Made by a program: the position numbers and the translations under genes
In this document: in pieces, positions 1-10,237 of the stretch
How positions within the stretch are numbered: position 1 is the first letter of the stretch
How the letters are laid out: each line of letters begins with the position of its first letter
The notes under the pieces: model-generated
Database searches by the model: none
What the model was told of the DNA's origin: nothing
Seen by the model: only the letters and a program-made list of their open reading frames with translations
Source of the DNA: Candidatus Scotarchaeum otlingeri
GTDB lineage: Archaea; Thermoproteota; Nitrososphaeria; Geothermarchaeales; JDFR-13
Direction of reading: 5' to 3'
Assembly (NCBI GenBank): GCA_002011075.2
Contig: MTMA02000006.1
Location: 411,529 to 475,528, forward strand
Length of the DNA stretch: 64,000 nucleotides

Positions 1-750
1 GCAGAGTCCGCTGCATGGAACCCCGCGATCTTCCTATGGACGACCGCTGATAGAGAACCTTTCCTTGATTTATTAGAGATGTTGACGGGGGCCAGATGGA
101 GCTACAGCTTCATTGTACCTGGAGGTGTGAGGGCTGACCTGCCTCAAGGATTCAAGGAGGCTGCCTTTGAGGCGATAAAGTTTTTTAGAGAGAGGCTGGA
201 TGTCTATGTAGATTCATGGATAGATAATTATCTATTTGAAGTTCGAACCAGGAATGTAGGCGTTATCCCACGGGATAAAGCTATAGAATGGGGCGCAGCG
301 GGACCATCATTAAGAGCTTCAGGTGTAGAGTATGATACTAGAAAACACGATCCCTATGCGGCTTATGAAGAGCTTGATTTCAAGATTATAACAGATACTT
401 CAGGGGATTCCTATGCTAGGGGCGGTGTAAGGGTAAAAGAGATGTATGTAAGCCTAGATATAATAGAACAGGCGCTGGAGAATATTCCCGATGGACCTAT
501 AAAGCGTTCCTTACCCCAAAGGGCACCTCCTGGAGAGGCATACGCCCGAGTTGAGACGGCGAGAGGCGAGATAGGAATGTATGTGGTATCCGATGGTAAA
601 GATAAGCCTTATAGAGTAAAGATAAGTCCCGCTAGTTTCAGAAACATATTTTTAATCGAGATGCTCCCCAAGATCGAGGAGCTACGTTTCGCCGATGTCC
701 CTGTGATATTTTACTCATTAGATCCATGGTTTTTAGATGCTGATAGATGA
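1..750 (+). CDS. nuoD: NADH-quinone oxidoreductase subunit D, C-terminal part (gene begins upstream of window)
   Basis: Frame 1 is open from base 1 into the listed ORF at 79. The translation ('PGGVRADLPQGF', C-terminus 'SLDPWFLDADR') is NuoD/49-kDa-like and it heads a nuoH-I-J-K-L-M-N string. The cysteines of the hydrogenase-type C-terminal DPCxxCxxR motif are replaced (W, D), so this is complex-I type, not a [NiFe] large subunit. Confidence 0.85.
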   Translation, partial: AESAAWNPAIFLWTTADREPFLDLLEMLTGARWSYSFIVPGGVRADLPQGFKEAAFEAIKFFRERLDVYVDSWIDNYLFEVRTRNVGVIPRDKAIEWGAAGPSLRASGVEYDTRKHDPYAAYEELDFKIITDTSGDSYARGGVRVKEMYVSLDIIEQALENIPDGPIKRSLPQRAPPGEAYARVETARGEIGMYVVSDGKDKPYRVKISPASFRNIFLIEMLPKIEELRFADVPVIFYSLDPWFLDADR

Positions 751-1789
751 GGAGGGATATAAAATGTATCTACAGATTGATGAATTGATCCGATTTGTCG
801 AAGCGAATTTCGATATCATATTTAAGATCGCTATCTTCCCAGGTATAGCATTCATATTTGGATTTCTTATATTTGCGGTATGGTACGAACGTAAATTTTT
901 GGCTAGACTTATGGTAAGAATGGGCCCCGTACATGCCGGAAAAGTGATGGGGTGGCTCCAGCTAATAGCTGATGCGATAAAGCTTATTACAAAGGAATTT
1001 ATTGTGCCACGATTTACTCTTAGAAGCCTTTTCTTTCTCTTACCTATATTACTACCTGTTATACCCGCGGCAATGGTAGTACTTATACCATTTGGACCCG
1101 GCTTTATTCTATACAATGCCATGGGTAATGGTTTAATACTATTCTTGGCTCTCTCAACAATATATCCTGTTCTTAATATGTTAACAGGCTGGGTTTCTAA
1201 TAATAAATTTACGATTATAGGTGCGTTTCGAACAATTTATTTGGACGTCGCTGCAGAGATACCGCTTATTCTCTCCATCATTGGAGTGGTAATAATGGCA
1301 GGTACTTATGATCTTGTGGGCATAGTGGAGGCGCAGTCTAATATGTGGTTTATAATTCCCCAAATATTAGGATTCATAGTATTTTTCATCGGCTACCTCG
1401 GAATGACCGAAAGAGTTCCCATGGATTTTCCTGTCGCAGAGGTTGAATTAGTATTTGGCATAAAGACCGAATACTCGGGTCCACTATACCTTCTGCTTAT
1501 GGAGGCTGATTATGTTAATTGGTTGGCATGGTCACTTCTAATGGTCGTATTGTATCTAGGGGGATATAATGGTCCAAACATATTAGGCAACCCGGTTTAT
1601 TCTGGAATATTTTGGACATTATTTAAACTGCTTATTGTTTTAACAATAGTACTAATCATAAAAATTGGATATGCACGGTTACGGGTGGACCAGGCTGTCA
1701 GGATGGGTTGGAAATACCTTATTCCTCTGGCCGTTATTAATTTGGTGCTTACTATATTAATTAAATATATATTAAATATTTATCAATAG
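737..1789 (+). CDS. nuoH: NADH-quinone oxidoreductase subunit H
   Basis: Polytopic membrane protein with the NuoH signature region 'AVWYERKFLARLMVRMGPVH', in the expected operon position after nuoD. The true start is probably ATG 764, preceded by GGAGGG at 751-756, rather than ATG 737. Confidence 0.9.
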   Translation: MLIDEEGYKMYLQIDELIRFVEANFDIIFKIAIFPGIAFIFGFLIFAVWYERKFLARLMVRMGPVHAGKVMGWLQLIADAIKLITKEFIVPRFTLRSLFFLLPILLPVIPAAMVVLIPFGPGFILYNAMGNGLILFLALSTIYPVLNMLTGWVSNNKFTIIGAFRTIYLDVAAEIPLILSIIGVVIMAGTYDLVGIVEAQSNMWFIIPQILGFIVFFIGYLGMTERVPMDFPVAEVELVFGIKTEYSGPLYLLLMEADYVNWLAWSLLMVVLYLGGYNGPNILGNPVYSGIFWTLFKLLIVLTIVLIIKIGYARLRVDQAVRMGWKYLIPLAVINLVLTILIKYILNIYQ

Positions 1790-2281
1790 GTGAAGAGAAT
1801 GTCTAAAAAGAATCTAATAAAACGGGTTTTGGAACCATTTGTGGTAGTAGCAAAACATGTCAGTAGACCCCCTATTACGCATAAATACCCGATAGAAAGA
1901 ATGAAGGGATATGAAAGGACGAGGGGAAGACACATTTTATATTTAGACCTATGTACGGGATGTGGCATATGCGCATGGGCTTGCCCGGATCTAGCTATAG
2001 AAATGGTTCCGGTGGAGGGAAGAGAATTGACACATCCACAAATAGATTATGGAAAATGTAGTTTCTGTGGTTTCTGTGTAGACTATTGTCCTACCCATGC
2101 ATTGAAAGAGACGCCTATTACAGAGATAGCTAGTTTCACGCGTGAAGGCTTAATATATGACCCTATACGGCTATCTCAAGAACCCGATATAAAAGAGCTC
2201 TTGCCAGAGTTGAAGTATGAATTAAACCCTATAATTGACAGGAAATATGGAATTCGTTATGCTAGGAAGAGGGTTAAGTGA
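1790..2281 (+). CDS. nuoI: NADH-quinone oxidoreductase subunit I (2x[4Fe-4S] ferredoxin-type)
   Basis: Two CxxCxxCxxxCP motifs ('CTGCGICAWACP', 'CSFCGFCVDYCP') and position between nuoH and nuoJ. An in-frame ATG at 1799 behind GGTGA is an alternative start to GTG 1790. Confidence 0.9.
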   Translation: MKRMSKKNLIKRVLEPFVVVAKHVSRPPITHKYPIERMKGYERTRGRHILYLDLCTGCGICAWACPDLAIEMVPVEGRELTHPQIDYGKCSFCGFCVDYCPTHALKETPITEIASFTREGLIYDPIRLSQEPDIKELLPELKYELNPIIDRKYGIRYARKRVK

Positions 2282-2535
2282 TGGACCCATATACAACATA
2301 TATATTTATATTGCAGGCATTGCTGGTTATATTAGCTATAATCGCTGCCGAGCATAAGAACATAGGATATTCGGTGCTTTCATTATTTATTATAACTGTT
2401 TTAACCGGGATACTATTTTATATAGTCGGCGCTTTCTATGTCAGCATAGTACAGATAGCCGTATTTTCTGGGGCTATAATGATCTTCTTCATTATGGTAT
2501 TTATAATGACGAGAGGTGGAAAGGAAAGTGGATAA
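2278..2535 (+). CDS. nuoJ: NADH-quinone oxidoreductase subunit J, N-terminal three-helix portion
   Basis: 85-aa hydrophobic protein with the NuoJ-like segment 'VQIAVFSGAIMIFFIMVFIM'. Its ATG overlaps the nuoI stop (GTGATGG). Confidence 0.65.
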   Translation: MMDPYTTYIFILQALLVILAIIAAEHKNIGYSVLSLFIITVLTGILFYIVGAFYVSIVQIAVFSGAIMIFFIMVFIMTRGGKESG

Positions 2536-2791
2536 AATAAGTGTAGCGGGAGCATTGACCATTATTGTATTGGCTTTAATAGGCTTAAATATATTACTAA
2601 ATATACCGCTCGAGAGACTAGCTACAGCTCCACCCGGAATCTTACTATCGAATCTATCTGATATAACATTTTATGAAACGATGTATCTATGGCGTGAAAG
2701 GATATTTGATACAATCTTCCAGTCATTTGTATTATTCGCTGCATTATCCGGTATATTAATTTATGTTTTATGGAGGGGAGGAGGAAGATGA
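2516..2791 (+). CDS. Small membrane subunit, probable C-terminal half of a split NuoJ
   Basis: 91-aa ORF with two hydrophobic helices, in a different frame and overlapping the preceding ORF by 20 nt, located between nuoJ(N) and nuoK. Assigned by position and topology only. Confidence 0.4.
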   Translation: MERKVDKISVAGALTIIVLALIGLNILLNIPLERLATAPPGILLSNLSDITFYETMYLWRERIFDTIFQSFVLFAALSGILIYVLWRGGGR

Positions 2792-3105
2792 TTGAAGCTA
2801 ATCAAATGCTTATACTCACTGCCTTTATATTAATCATAATAGGTCTATACATAGTCATCACCAAAAGAAACTTACTTAGAATACTAGTAGGCGTCGAGAT
2901 AATTGCTACAGGTGTTAACATCAATTTTATAGCGCTTTCTTTATTGAAACACCCAGGATTACTTGATCCATTACCACATGTATTGGCGATCACAAGCATT
3001 TTACTAGACGGTGCATTAGTAGGTGTAGGCCTTGCGATAACCCTAATAGTTTACAGAAAATATGGCACTCTAGATATAGATACGCTAAGGAGGCTGAGGT
3101 GGTAA
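2770..3105 (+). CDS. nuoK: NADH-quinone oxidoreductase subunit K
   Basis: About 100-aa three-helix protein ('LLRILVGVEIIATGVNINFIA') typical of NuoK/ND4L, immediately upstream of nuoL. The likely start is ATG 2788, behind GGAGGAGG. Confidence 0.8.
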   Translation: MEGRRKMIEANQMLILTAFILIIIGLYIVITKRNLLRILVGVEIIATGVNINFIALSLLKHPGLLDPLPHVLAITSILLDGALVGVGLAITLIVYRKYGTLDIDTLRRLRW

Positions 3106-3109
3106 TAAT

Positions 3110-5140
3110 ATGATACCCTATGCTCCCTGGATCGTTTGGACAGTCCCTATTATAATCGCTTTTATACACCCCTTATTAGAAAAAATAAGCGGGAAGCTTA
3201 GAGACTTTATGGCTATCTTCGCAGTTTTTATATCCGCCGTCTCTGCTGCATCCATGATACCGGATGTAATAAAAGGAAGTGTTGTAATAAACGGAGTTGA
3301 ATATCATATACCTTATGACTGGAAACTTGAGGGGTGGCTTCCTCTACCCACCGGTTCAATAGAAGTGGGAATGCTAATCGACCCCCTCAGTGTTTTTATG
3401 GCGAATATTGTAGGCTGGATTGGGCTTCTTATTATGATATACTCTATTGAATATATGCATGGAGATGAGTCGATAACCAGATACTGGATGCTAATGAACC
3501 TATTTATTGGTTTTATGCAACTATTGGTTTTAGCGGATAATTTTCTAATTATGTTTTTCGGTTGGGAAGGCGTCGGCTTTGCCAGCTATGCATTAATTGG
3601 TTACTACTACAAGGATGAAAAGAAGTATTGGATAGGTCCTTATTCACCAACCCACGCGGGAATGAAAGCATTTATTATGACTAGAATTGGAGACGTAGGG
3701 CTCCTTGTCTCCATAGTAGTAATCTATATATATTCGGGAACAACTAATTTCTTAGCATTATCAAGTAACTTTGGTTGGATGGGAAATCTAGCTAGAGATG
3801 GATTACTAGCTATAACCCTATTATTACTATTCCTTGGACCCGTAGGTAAATCTGCTCAATTCCCGCTCCACGAATGGCTACCTGAAGCGATGGCAGGTCC
3901 AACTACAGTTAGTGCATTAATCCACGCTGCGACGATGGTTAAGGCAGGTGTATACCTAGTCGCCCGAGTTACACCAATACTATACTTAGGATACGCATCA
4001 CTAGGAGAACTGATTTATCCATCATTAAACACCTTCTTCATAACAGTGGCTTGGATAGGTGGATTTACAGCTTTCTTGGCGGCTAGTATGGGCATGGTTT
4101 CAGATCAAATCAAGAAGGTACTCGCCTATTCAACGGTCAGTCAATTGGGATATATGATATCGATAATCGGCGTCGCCGGCCTATTGATCGAGAGCGAAAA
4201 GCTGTTTTTTGAGGGTTATATAGCGGGAATAAGCCATCTATATAGCCACGCAGTATTTAAAGCCCTGTTATTCTTGAGCGCAGGAGCCGTTGGTCATGCT
4301 ATTGGAAGCTACATGTTGAGAGACGCAGGCGGACTCAAGAAGTATCTACCAAGAACATACCTTGTTATGTTCATAGGGCTTGCTGCCTTATCTGGAATAC
4401 CACCGTTAAATGGTTTCTTTAGCAAAGATGGTATATTACACCTATTGTACGCAGAACACATGTGGCCATTATTCATACTCTTATCATTGACAGCCATACT
4501 AACCGTATTTTACAGTTTTAGGCTTTTAGGCCTCATATTTTATGGAGAACGAGAAAACCTAGAGCATGGACATGATACGCATCTACATGATCCTGGGCCA
4601 TTTATGATGATCCCCCTACTAATACTGGCCGGAGCATCGGTCGTAGGCGGGTTCTTATTGCCTAACCTACATGGGTTCTTCGAGTTCTGGGCCGTCGAAG
4701 GCCTCGGTATACATATAGAGAAGATAACACTCCAGAGTTTCCTTACATCAACATTTACATCTCCTATTCTATTAGTCTCTCTAGGAATCATTATAGTGGG
4801 TATTTATCCTGCCTACTCAATCTACATCAGAGGCGCACTATCGGCTGAAGAGCTTCTCGAAAAATATAGTGTTTTAAGAGGTATATGGAGGTTCCTATTC
4901 GAAAGGTGGTACATAAACGCTATATATTACAAGGTATTCGTAGATGGAACCCGTTTCTTCTCAGAAATATTATTTAAATTTATTGAATGTAATGGAGCGG
5001 GACAAAAGATAAAGTCTTTCTACTCTAGCTTGGCAGAAGAATTTAGATATATCCAAACAGGATACTACAGGATAAACATGATATATGTGTTACTCGGGTT
5101 ACTAATGATAATTATATTAGCCTTAATTCTGGGGGTGTAA
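3110..5140 (+). CDS. nuoL: NADH-quinone oxidoreductase subunit L (antiporter-like)
   Basis: 676-aa Mrp/ND5-type antiporter-like protein ('GWEGVGFASYALIGYYY', 'KSAQFPLHEWLPEAMAGPT'), the largest of the three antiporter-like subunits. Confidence 0.9.
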   Translation: MIPYAPWIVWTVPIIIAFIHPLLEKISGKLRDFMAIFAVFISAVSAASMIPDVIKGSVVINGVEYHIPYDWKLEGWLPLPTGSIEVGMLIDPLSVFMANIVGWIGLLIMIYSIEYMHGDESITRYWMLMNLFIGFMQLLVLADNFLIMFFGWEGVGFASYALIGYYYKDEKKYWIGPYSPTHAGMKAFIMTRIGDVGLLVSIVVIYIYSGTTNFLALSSNFGWMGNLARDGLLAITLLLLFLGPVGKSAQFPLHEWLPEAMAGPTTVSALIHAATMVKAGVYLVARVTPILYLGYASLGELIYPSLNTFFITVAWIGGFTAFLAASMGMVSDQIKKVLAYSTVSQLGYMISIIGVAGLLIESEKLFFEGYIAGISHLYSHAVFKALLFLSAGAVGHAIGSYMLRDAGGLKKYLPRTYLVMFIGLAALSGIPPLNGFFSKDGILHLLYAEHMWPLFILLSLTAILTVFYSFRLLGLIFYGERENLEHGHDTHLHDPGPFMMIPLLILAGASVVGGFLLPNLHGFFEFWAVEGLGIHIEKITLQSFLTSTFTSPILLVSLGIIIVGIYPAYSIYIRGALSAEELLEKYSVLRGIWRFLFERWYINAIYYKVFVDGTRFFSEILFKFIECNGAGQKIKSFYSSLAEEFRYIQTGYYRINMIYVLLGLLMIIILALILGV

Positions 5141-5145
5141 GAAGA

Positions 5146-6615
5146 ATGCTGCTTATATTTCTAGTATTTATACCATTAATCGCATCGGTGATAATATATC
5201 CATTAGGTAAACTCCTAAAACATAGAGTGGGGTATCTAGCCAGTATACCTATTATAGCAAGTCTATCGGGATTGTTATATATAGGAATCAAGAATTATCC
5301 CAAATTAGAGATCTTTGAGGTTGTTGAATGGGTTAAAACACCCTATATAAATGTGTCTCTTGGGTTTTTGATTGATGGAATTAGTTTCCCCATAGCCTTA
5401 ATCATAGCGTTAGTAACTGCATTGGCATGTATCTATTCTGTGTCATATCTAGAGCATGAGGAAGGGCATAGCGCGTATTTTAGCTATTACCTCATCTACA
5501 CTACAGGTATGCTTGGGGCTGTATTAAGTACAAACCTCATACAATTCTTCTTTTTCTGGGAACTCATGCTTGTTCCCAGCTATATGTTGATAGCAGGGTG
5601 GGGATACGGCGATAGAAGACGAGTAGCCTACAAATATTTCCTGTATACACAGCTAGGTTCAATCTTAGTATTACTCTCCATATTATATCTAGGTGTTACA
5701 CTGAATACATTTGAAATAGGATTACTAAATATATCGAATCTATTGTTATCTATACCGGAAAGGCTGATTTTAACCATTTTATTCGTAGTAGGGTTTGGCG
5801 TTAAGATGGCGATTGTACCATTACATGGCTGGTTACCTGAAGCCCATGCAGAAGCCCCTACCCCAATTAGTGTTATACTAAGTGGCGTTATGATAGAAGT
5901 TGGCCTCTACGCGATTATAAGAATAGTATTTCCCATCTCTTTACCTATATGGATTGGAAGCGTCTCCGCCACCATATTGATGAGTTTAGCCTTGCTTTCG
6001 ATGATATACGGAGGGATTATGGCTCTAACTCAATATGATGTAAAGCGGTTGCTGGCATATAGCAGTATTAGCCAAATGGGTTATATGTTTTTCGGTGTTG
6101 CTGCAGCTACAGCTACTGGTATAGAAGGAAGTGTCTTTCATATATTTAACCATGGTTTATTGAAAGGTCTTCTATTCATGGTTGCCGGTGTATTAATACA
6201 TCAAGTGGGAATAAGAGACATGAGGAAGCTTGGTGGACTGGCCTCTAGGATGCCTCTTACGGCAGGACTGGCGATGATAGGAGCAATGGGTATAGCTGGC
6301 CTCCCAGGAATATCAGGATTTATAAGTGAATACCTTATTTTCTTAGGAGCATTTTCATCAGCCTCAATATATAAGTATCTATTGGTGCTGTTGGCCACCT
6401 TAGCAACAGCAATATCCGCTGCATACATGACGCTATTCATTAAACGCGTATTCTTCGGCCCATTGAAAGAGGAATTTAATGATGCGACAGACCCGCCTTA
6501 CTCAATGATAATACCTATGCTCATACTAGGGATAACTGCAGTAGTACTGGGAATATATCCAGCCCTGATTCTTGAGTATATTATACCCAGCTTGGGATTT
6601 TTGATGGGGGGATGA
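5146..6615 (+). CDS. nuoM: NADH-quinone oxidoreductase subunit M (antiporter-like)
   Basis: 489-aa ND4-type protein ('FFFWELMLVPSYMLI', 'VKMAIVPLHGWLPEAHAEAPT'), in operon order after nuoL. Confidence 0.85.
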   Translation: MLLIFLVFIPLIASVIIYPLGKLLKHRVGYLASIPIIASLSGLLYIGIKNYPKLEIFEVVEWVKTPYINVSLGFLIDGISFPIALIIALVTALACIYSVSYLEHEEGHSAYFSYYLIYTTGMLGAVLSTNLIQFFFFWELMLVPSYMLIAGWGYGDRRRVAYKYFLYTQLGSILVLLSILYLGVTLNTFEIGLLNISNLLLSIPERLILTILFVVGFGVKMAIVPLHGWLPEAHAEAPTPISVILSGVMIEVGLYAIIRIVFPISLPIWIGSVSATILMSLALLSMIYGGIMALTQYDVKRLLAYSSISQMGYMFFGVAAATATGIEGSVFHIFNHGLLKGLLFMVAGVLIHQVGIRDMRKLGGLASRMPLTAGLAMIGAMGIAGLPGISGFISEYLIFLGAFSSASIYKYLLVLLATLATAISAAYMTLFIKRVFFGPLKEEFNDATDPPYSMIIPMLILGITAVVLGIYPALILEYIIPSLGFLMGG

Positions 6616-6616
6616 A

Positions 6617-8137
6617 GTGATGGTTGAGGTAGTGCTAAACAATATTTTTGAGTTATCTGCCTATTTATCGCCTATATTCATACTGGCTGCCTTTGCGGTA
6701 ACAACTCCCTTCATCAACTATATCCTTAAGCAGATGGGTAAGGAAAAATATCTAGGGGTCTGGACTAGCTTTGCATTCTTATCTTCTCTAATTGTATTGA
6801 CTATCTCCCTGATAGGGATAAGATGGCTAGGTGAACCTATAATACTTAGATTAGGATTTTCACCTATTGAATCAACCCTCATAATAGATCCATTGGGACA
6901 ATTCTTTGCATTTATCTTCCTGATAGTGTCTCTAGCCGCAGCTATCCATTCAATAACATATATGGAGAGAGACTTAAACCTAGGAAGCTACTACCTACTA
7001 ATGCAATTTATGACTATAGGGCTAGTTGGACTCACATATACTAATGATCTATTCACGTTTTTCGTGTTATGGGAGTTAATGGCTATAAGTAGCTATGTGT
7101 TAGTGGCATTTAGATATCATCTAGATGAACCGGTTGAAGCCGGCGTAAAATATATTCTGATGAGCGGCGTTGGGTCTCTGATTATGCTATACGGCATTTC
7201 CTATGTATATGGATTTGTAGGGAGCTTAAATGCAAAGGCTATTCACTTTGGATTAACAGCACTACCATTTATACCTCTGATTTTCGTATTAAGTCTACTA
7301 TTAATAGGGTTCGGGATAAAGGCTGCATTCTTCCCATTTTGGACATGGCTACCGGATGCCCACCCCGCTGCCCCTAGTCCTATAAGCGCCTTATTATCGG
7401 GAATCGTTATTAAAGCGGGTATTCTCGGTATAATTAAGTTTATAGTACCCGTTGTCGGCTTTATACGTCTTGAATTAGGGTTGACAATGGCTGTTATAGC
7501 GGGGTTAACGATGACGGTAGCTAATCTTTTGGCTTTAATGCAGGACGACATTAAGCGGCTGTTAGCGTATAGTAGCATAACGAACATAGGATTCATATTA
7601 ATAGGGGTAGCGGCGGCCATATATGGTGCAGGTATATCTGGAGTGGCTTCATCCCTATTTCACACCTTTAGTCATGCATTAGGTAAGGGCCTTGCTTTCT
7701 TAGCGGTAGGCTCAATTATTTATAGATTGGAGACCCGGAGCATTAGTAAGATAGAGGGCCTAGGAAGAAAGATGCCTTTCACAGCTGCAGCATTGATTAT
7801 CGCCTTATTAGGCCTGGCAGGTATGCCGCCTTTACCTGGATTTTGGAGTAAATGGCTATTGATATACTCTTCTATACAAGCTGGTCTATGGGGATTAGCC
7901 TTTATAGGCGTATTCAACAGTGTATTGGCTGTGATTTTCTATTTATGGCTATTACAACGGTTATTCTTCGCTGAACCTACAGAGAAAGTTTTAGATGAAG
8001 GTAAAGAACCCCCGTTCCCAATTAAACTAGCGTTAGCACTATTAATGGTTATAATGATAATAATCGGCTTCTACCCGGCTCCAATCTTCGATATGGTCAT
8101 AAATGCTGCCGAGGTATTTATGATGCTATTTGGCTAG
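6617..8137 (+). CDS. nuoN: NADH-quinone oxidoreductase subunit N (antiporter-like)
   Basis: 506-aa ND2-type protein ('FVLWELMAISSYVLVAF', 'FPFWTWLPDAHPAAPSP'), the last gene of the nuo string. Confidence 0.85.
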   Translation: MMVEVVLNNIFELSAYLSPIFILAAFAVTTPFINYILKQMGKEKYLGVWTSFAFLSSLIVLTISLIGIRWLGEPIILRLGFSPIESTLIIDPLGQFFAFIFLIVSLAAAIHSITYMERDLNLGSYYLLMQFMTIGLVGLTYTNDLFTFFVLWELMAISSYVLVAFRYHLDEPVEAGVKYILMSGVGSLIMLYGISYVYGFVGSLNAKAIHFGLTALPFIPLIFVLSLLLIGFGIKAAFFPFWTWLPDAHPAAPSPISALLSGIVIKAGILGIIKFIVPVVGFIRLELGLTMAVIAGLTMTVANLLALMQDDIKRLLAYSSITNIGFILIGVAAAIYGAGISGVASSLFHTFSHALGKGLAFLAVGSIIYRLETRSISKIEGLGRKMPFTAAALIIALLGLAGMPPLPGFWSKWLLIYSSIQAGLWGLAFIGVFNSVLAVIFYLWLLQRLFFAEPTEKVLDEGKEPPFPIKLALALLMVIMIIIGFYPAPIFDMVINAAEVFMMLFG

Positions 8138-9324
8138 TCAAATGTATACTCCACCTTTCTATCACTAACTAGTTCCACTACCTCTTTCTTTATACCCTCT
8201 GTCTTCTCGCCATTATATACCCTGAATATCAATTCAGCGATCTTATCCATTTCATTCTCCACAAAGCCTAGCCTTGTAATCTCACATGTACCCAACCTTT
8301 TTCCGTAATCAACGATTATATTAGCCTTTTCTAGTCTCCTTACTAATAAATTATAACCATCCTTAATTCCTAGAATAACCTGATGTGTCTCTGTAAACTT
8401 CTTTTCACTATATAACACCGGTACGCCGAACTCATACAATGCCTTAGCCAATCGCCTTGCGTTCCTAACCACCTGAGAAGCATATGTCTCACCATACTCA
8501 ATCATTTCCGCCATCGAAATCGCTAATGCAGCAATCCTGTTATAATGTGGATTATCAACTATTCTCATAACTATATTTCGTTTAAAATTGTCCATCACAT
8601 TCTTTGATGTAGCGATTAATCCCCCTTGGGGTCCCGGAAACGTCTTATGAGTGCTCCCGACCACCGCATCAGCGCCCTCCTTTAAGGGATTCGGATAAGC
8701 TCGACCTGCTATTAAACCTAATACGTGAGAACCATCATACACAAAATATAAGCCATACTCCCTCGCTAATCTACAGATTTCTCTAATAGGATTGATAAAA
8801 GGAATAAAACTAGGCCCTAAAATTATTAATCTACCACCATATCTTCTTATTTCTTCTTCCAAACTCTCAATATCTATATTGGCTTCCTCAACATTGTAGG
8901 GGATACTCCTAACTCTAAGCGAAAGCATTTTTGGTAGGCCATATGGCATCAATCCGGGGTAACCACCATATCTAGTGTCTAAGCTATAGATTATATCGCC
9001 AGGTTTAGTAAGTGATATTAAAGCCGCCAAATCTGCTATATGACCAGATAATGCCCTTAAATCACTATACTCGGCGCTGAAAAGCTTATTTGATAATTCA
9101 ACACCGATGCCGTAAATTTCGTCTATGAACTTGGTTCCGGAATAGAAGTTGTCTGCACCAACGGGAACCTCGGCAGGTTCCCATAGAGAGTACCGATGGC
9201 CTAAATCAGAGGATAATGCGTTTCTAACATATTTACTGGTGATGTTTTCCGATGGTATTAGATTAAGGGTCTTAGCTCTCCAAGTATCGTGTGCATCAAT
9301 CAGTTTCAGTAGATTTTGTATCAT
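8134..9324 (-). CDS. glyA: Serine hydroxymethyltransferase
   Basis: SHMT motifs 'NLIPSENITS' near the N-terminus and the PLP-lysine region 'GSTHKTFPGPQGG'. Its 3' end overlaps nuoN convergently by 4 nt. Confidence 0.85.
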   Translation of the reverse strand: MIQNLLKLIDAHDTWRAKTLNLIPSENITSKYVRNALSSDLGHRYSLWEPAEVPVGADNFYSGTKFIDEIYGIGVELSNKLFSAEYSDLRALSGHIADLAALISLTKPGDIIYSLDTRYGGYPGLMPYGLPKMLSLRVRSIPYNVEEANIDIESLEEEIRRYGGRLIILGPSFIPFINPIREICRLAREYGLYFVYDGSHVLGLIAGRAYPNPLKEGADAVVGSTHKTFPGPQGGLIATSKNVMDNFKRNIVMRIVDNPHYNRIAALAISMAEMIEYGETYASQVVRNARRLAKALYEFGVPVLYSEKKFTETHQVILGIKDGYNLLVRRLEKANIIVDYGKRLGTCEITRLGFVENEMDKIAELIFRVYNGEKTEGIKKEVVELVSDRKVEYTFD

Positions 9325-9424
9325 ATTTAATCACCTTATTTAATAAAGATGTTTAGAAAATAGAATATAAGTAAATCCATTAATATATAGATAATAACGT
9401 CTATATTTAGGAGGATATATCGAC

Positions 9425-10177
9425 ATGCTAAATATCGATATAAAGCTCGAAAAAGAATTGGAAAACCCGATTTTGGTAGCTGGATTACCAGGTATGGGAT
9501 TAACAGGGAAGCAGTCAGTAGATTATCTAATAGGTAAGTTAAATGCAATCAAGATAAGTAGTATAAGAACACCTTTCTTAGGTGTACCAGCTATATCCAT
9601 CCATAATGGGCTTGTAGAGGATATACCCGAGGAGATATACTCCTTCTTTTATGCAAAGCTAGATAATAAAGATATATTATTATTTACCAGCCAATCCCAA
9701 CCTGCAACGCCGGAGTGGCAGCATATAGTGGCGATGCGAGCTATAGAAACCATTAAAGAGTATAATGTAGAGTTGATATATACATTAGCTGCAACACCAA
9801 TTCCATACTTTAAAGAGGAAGTAGATGTATATGGTGTAGCCACTACACCGGATCTTGTTGAAATGCTGAGATTGAATGGAGTGAAGCCATTGTCAGGTGA
9901 AGGAGCTATATCAGGAATAAATGGATTGTTATTGGGATATGGGAAGAAGCTTGGAATAAATGGAATATGCTTGTTAGGAGAAACATATCTTGTTAGCGGA
10001 ATGGATAAAATAGCTCCCCTAGCCGTATTAAAAGCGTTATCTAAGATATTGAAGGTTGAGTTCGACTTATCTCAGATGGAGAAGGAAGCCTTAGAATTCA
10101 AGGAGCAAGTATCTCAAGTCATAAAGAGAAGCTATAAAGAGGGTGTTGAGGAGGATAAGCCTAAATATATTTATTGA
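9425..10177 (+). CDS. PAC2-family (proteasome assembly chaperone-like) protein
   Basis: 250-aa protein beginning 'LENPILVAGLPGMGLTGKQSVDYLI', the characteristic PAC2/DUF75 N-terminal pattern. Recognised by eye only. Confidence 0.6.
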   Translation: MLNIDIKLEKELENPILVAGLPGMGLTGKQSVDYLIGKLNAIKISSIRTPFLGVPAISIHNGLVEDIPEEIYSFFYAKLDNKDILLFTSQSQPATPEWQHIVAMRAIETIKEYNVELIYTLAATPIPYFKEEVDVYGVATTPDLVEMLRLNGVKPLSGEGAISGINGLLLGYGKKLGINGICLLGETYLVSGMDKIAPLAVLKALSKILKVEFDLSQMEKEALEFKEQVSQVIKRSYKEGVEEDKPKYIY

Positions 10178-10237
10178 TAAAACATCGGAATGGTATTAAT
10201 ATATTCTTTGCCAAAATTCTTTTGATTGTAGACATAG

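Noticed and set aside
1-750. Possibility that the first gene is a group-4 [NiFe] hydrogenase large subunit served by the hyp cluster
   Set aside because: The C-terminal motif reads 'DPWFLDADR' with both Ni-ligating cysteines substituted. The downstream genes are the standard nuoH-N set, including three antiporter-like subunits.
733-1122. 129-aa ORF on the minus strand overlapping the nuoD/nuoH junction
   Set aside because: It is fully antisense to a well-supported nuoH coding region, and its low-complexity translation has no motif. It is a typical shadow ORF.
7243-7917. Minus-strand ORFs of 125 aa and 65 aa inside nuoN (similar cases lie inside nuoL at 4309-4791 and nuoM at 6201-6440)
   Set aside because: They are antisense to strongly supported antiporter-like subunit genes, and their composition simply mirrors the hydrophobic codons of the sense strand.
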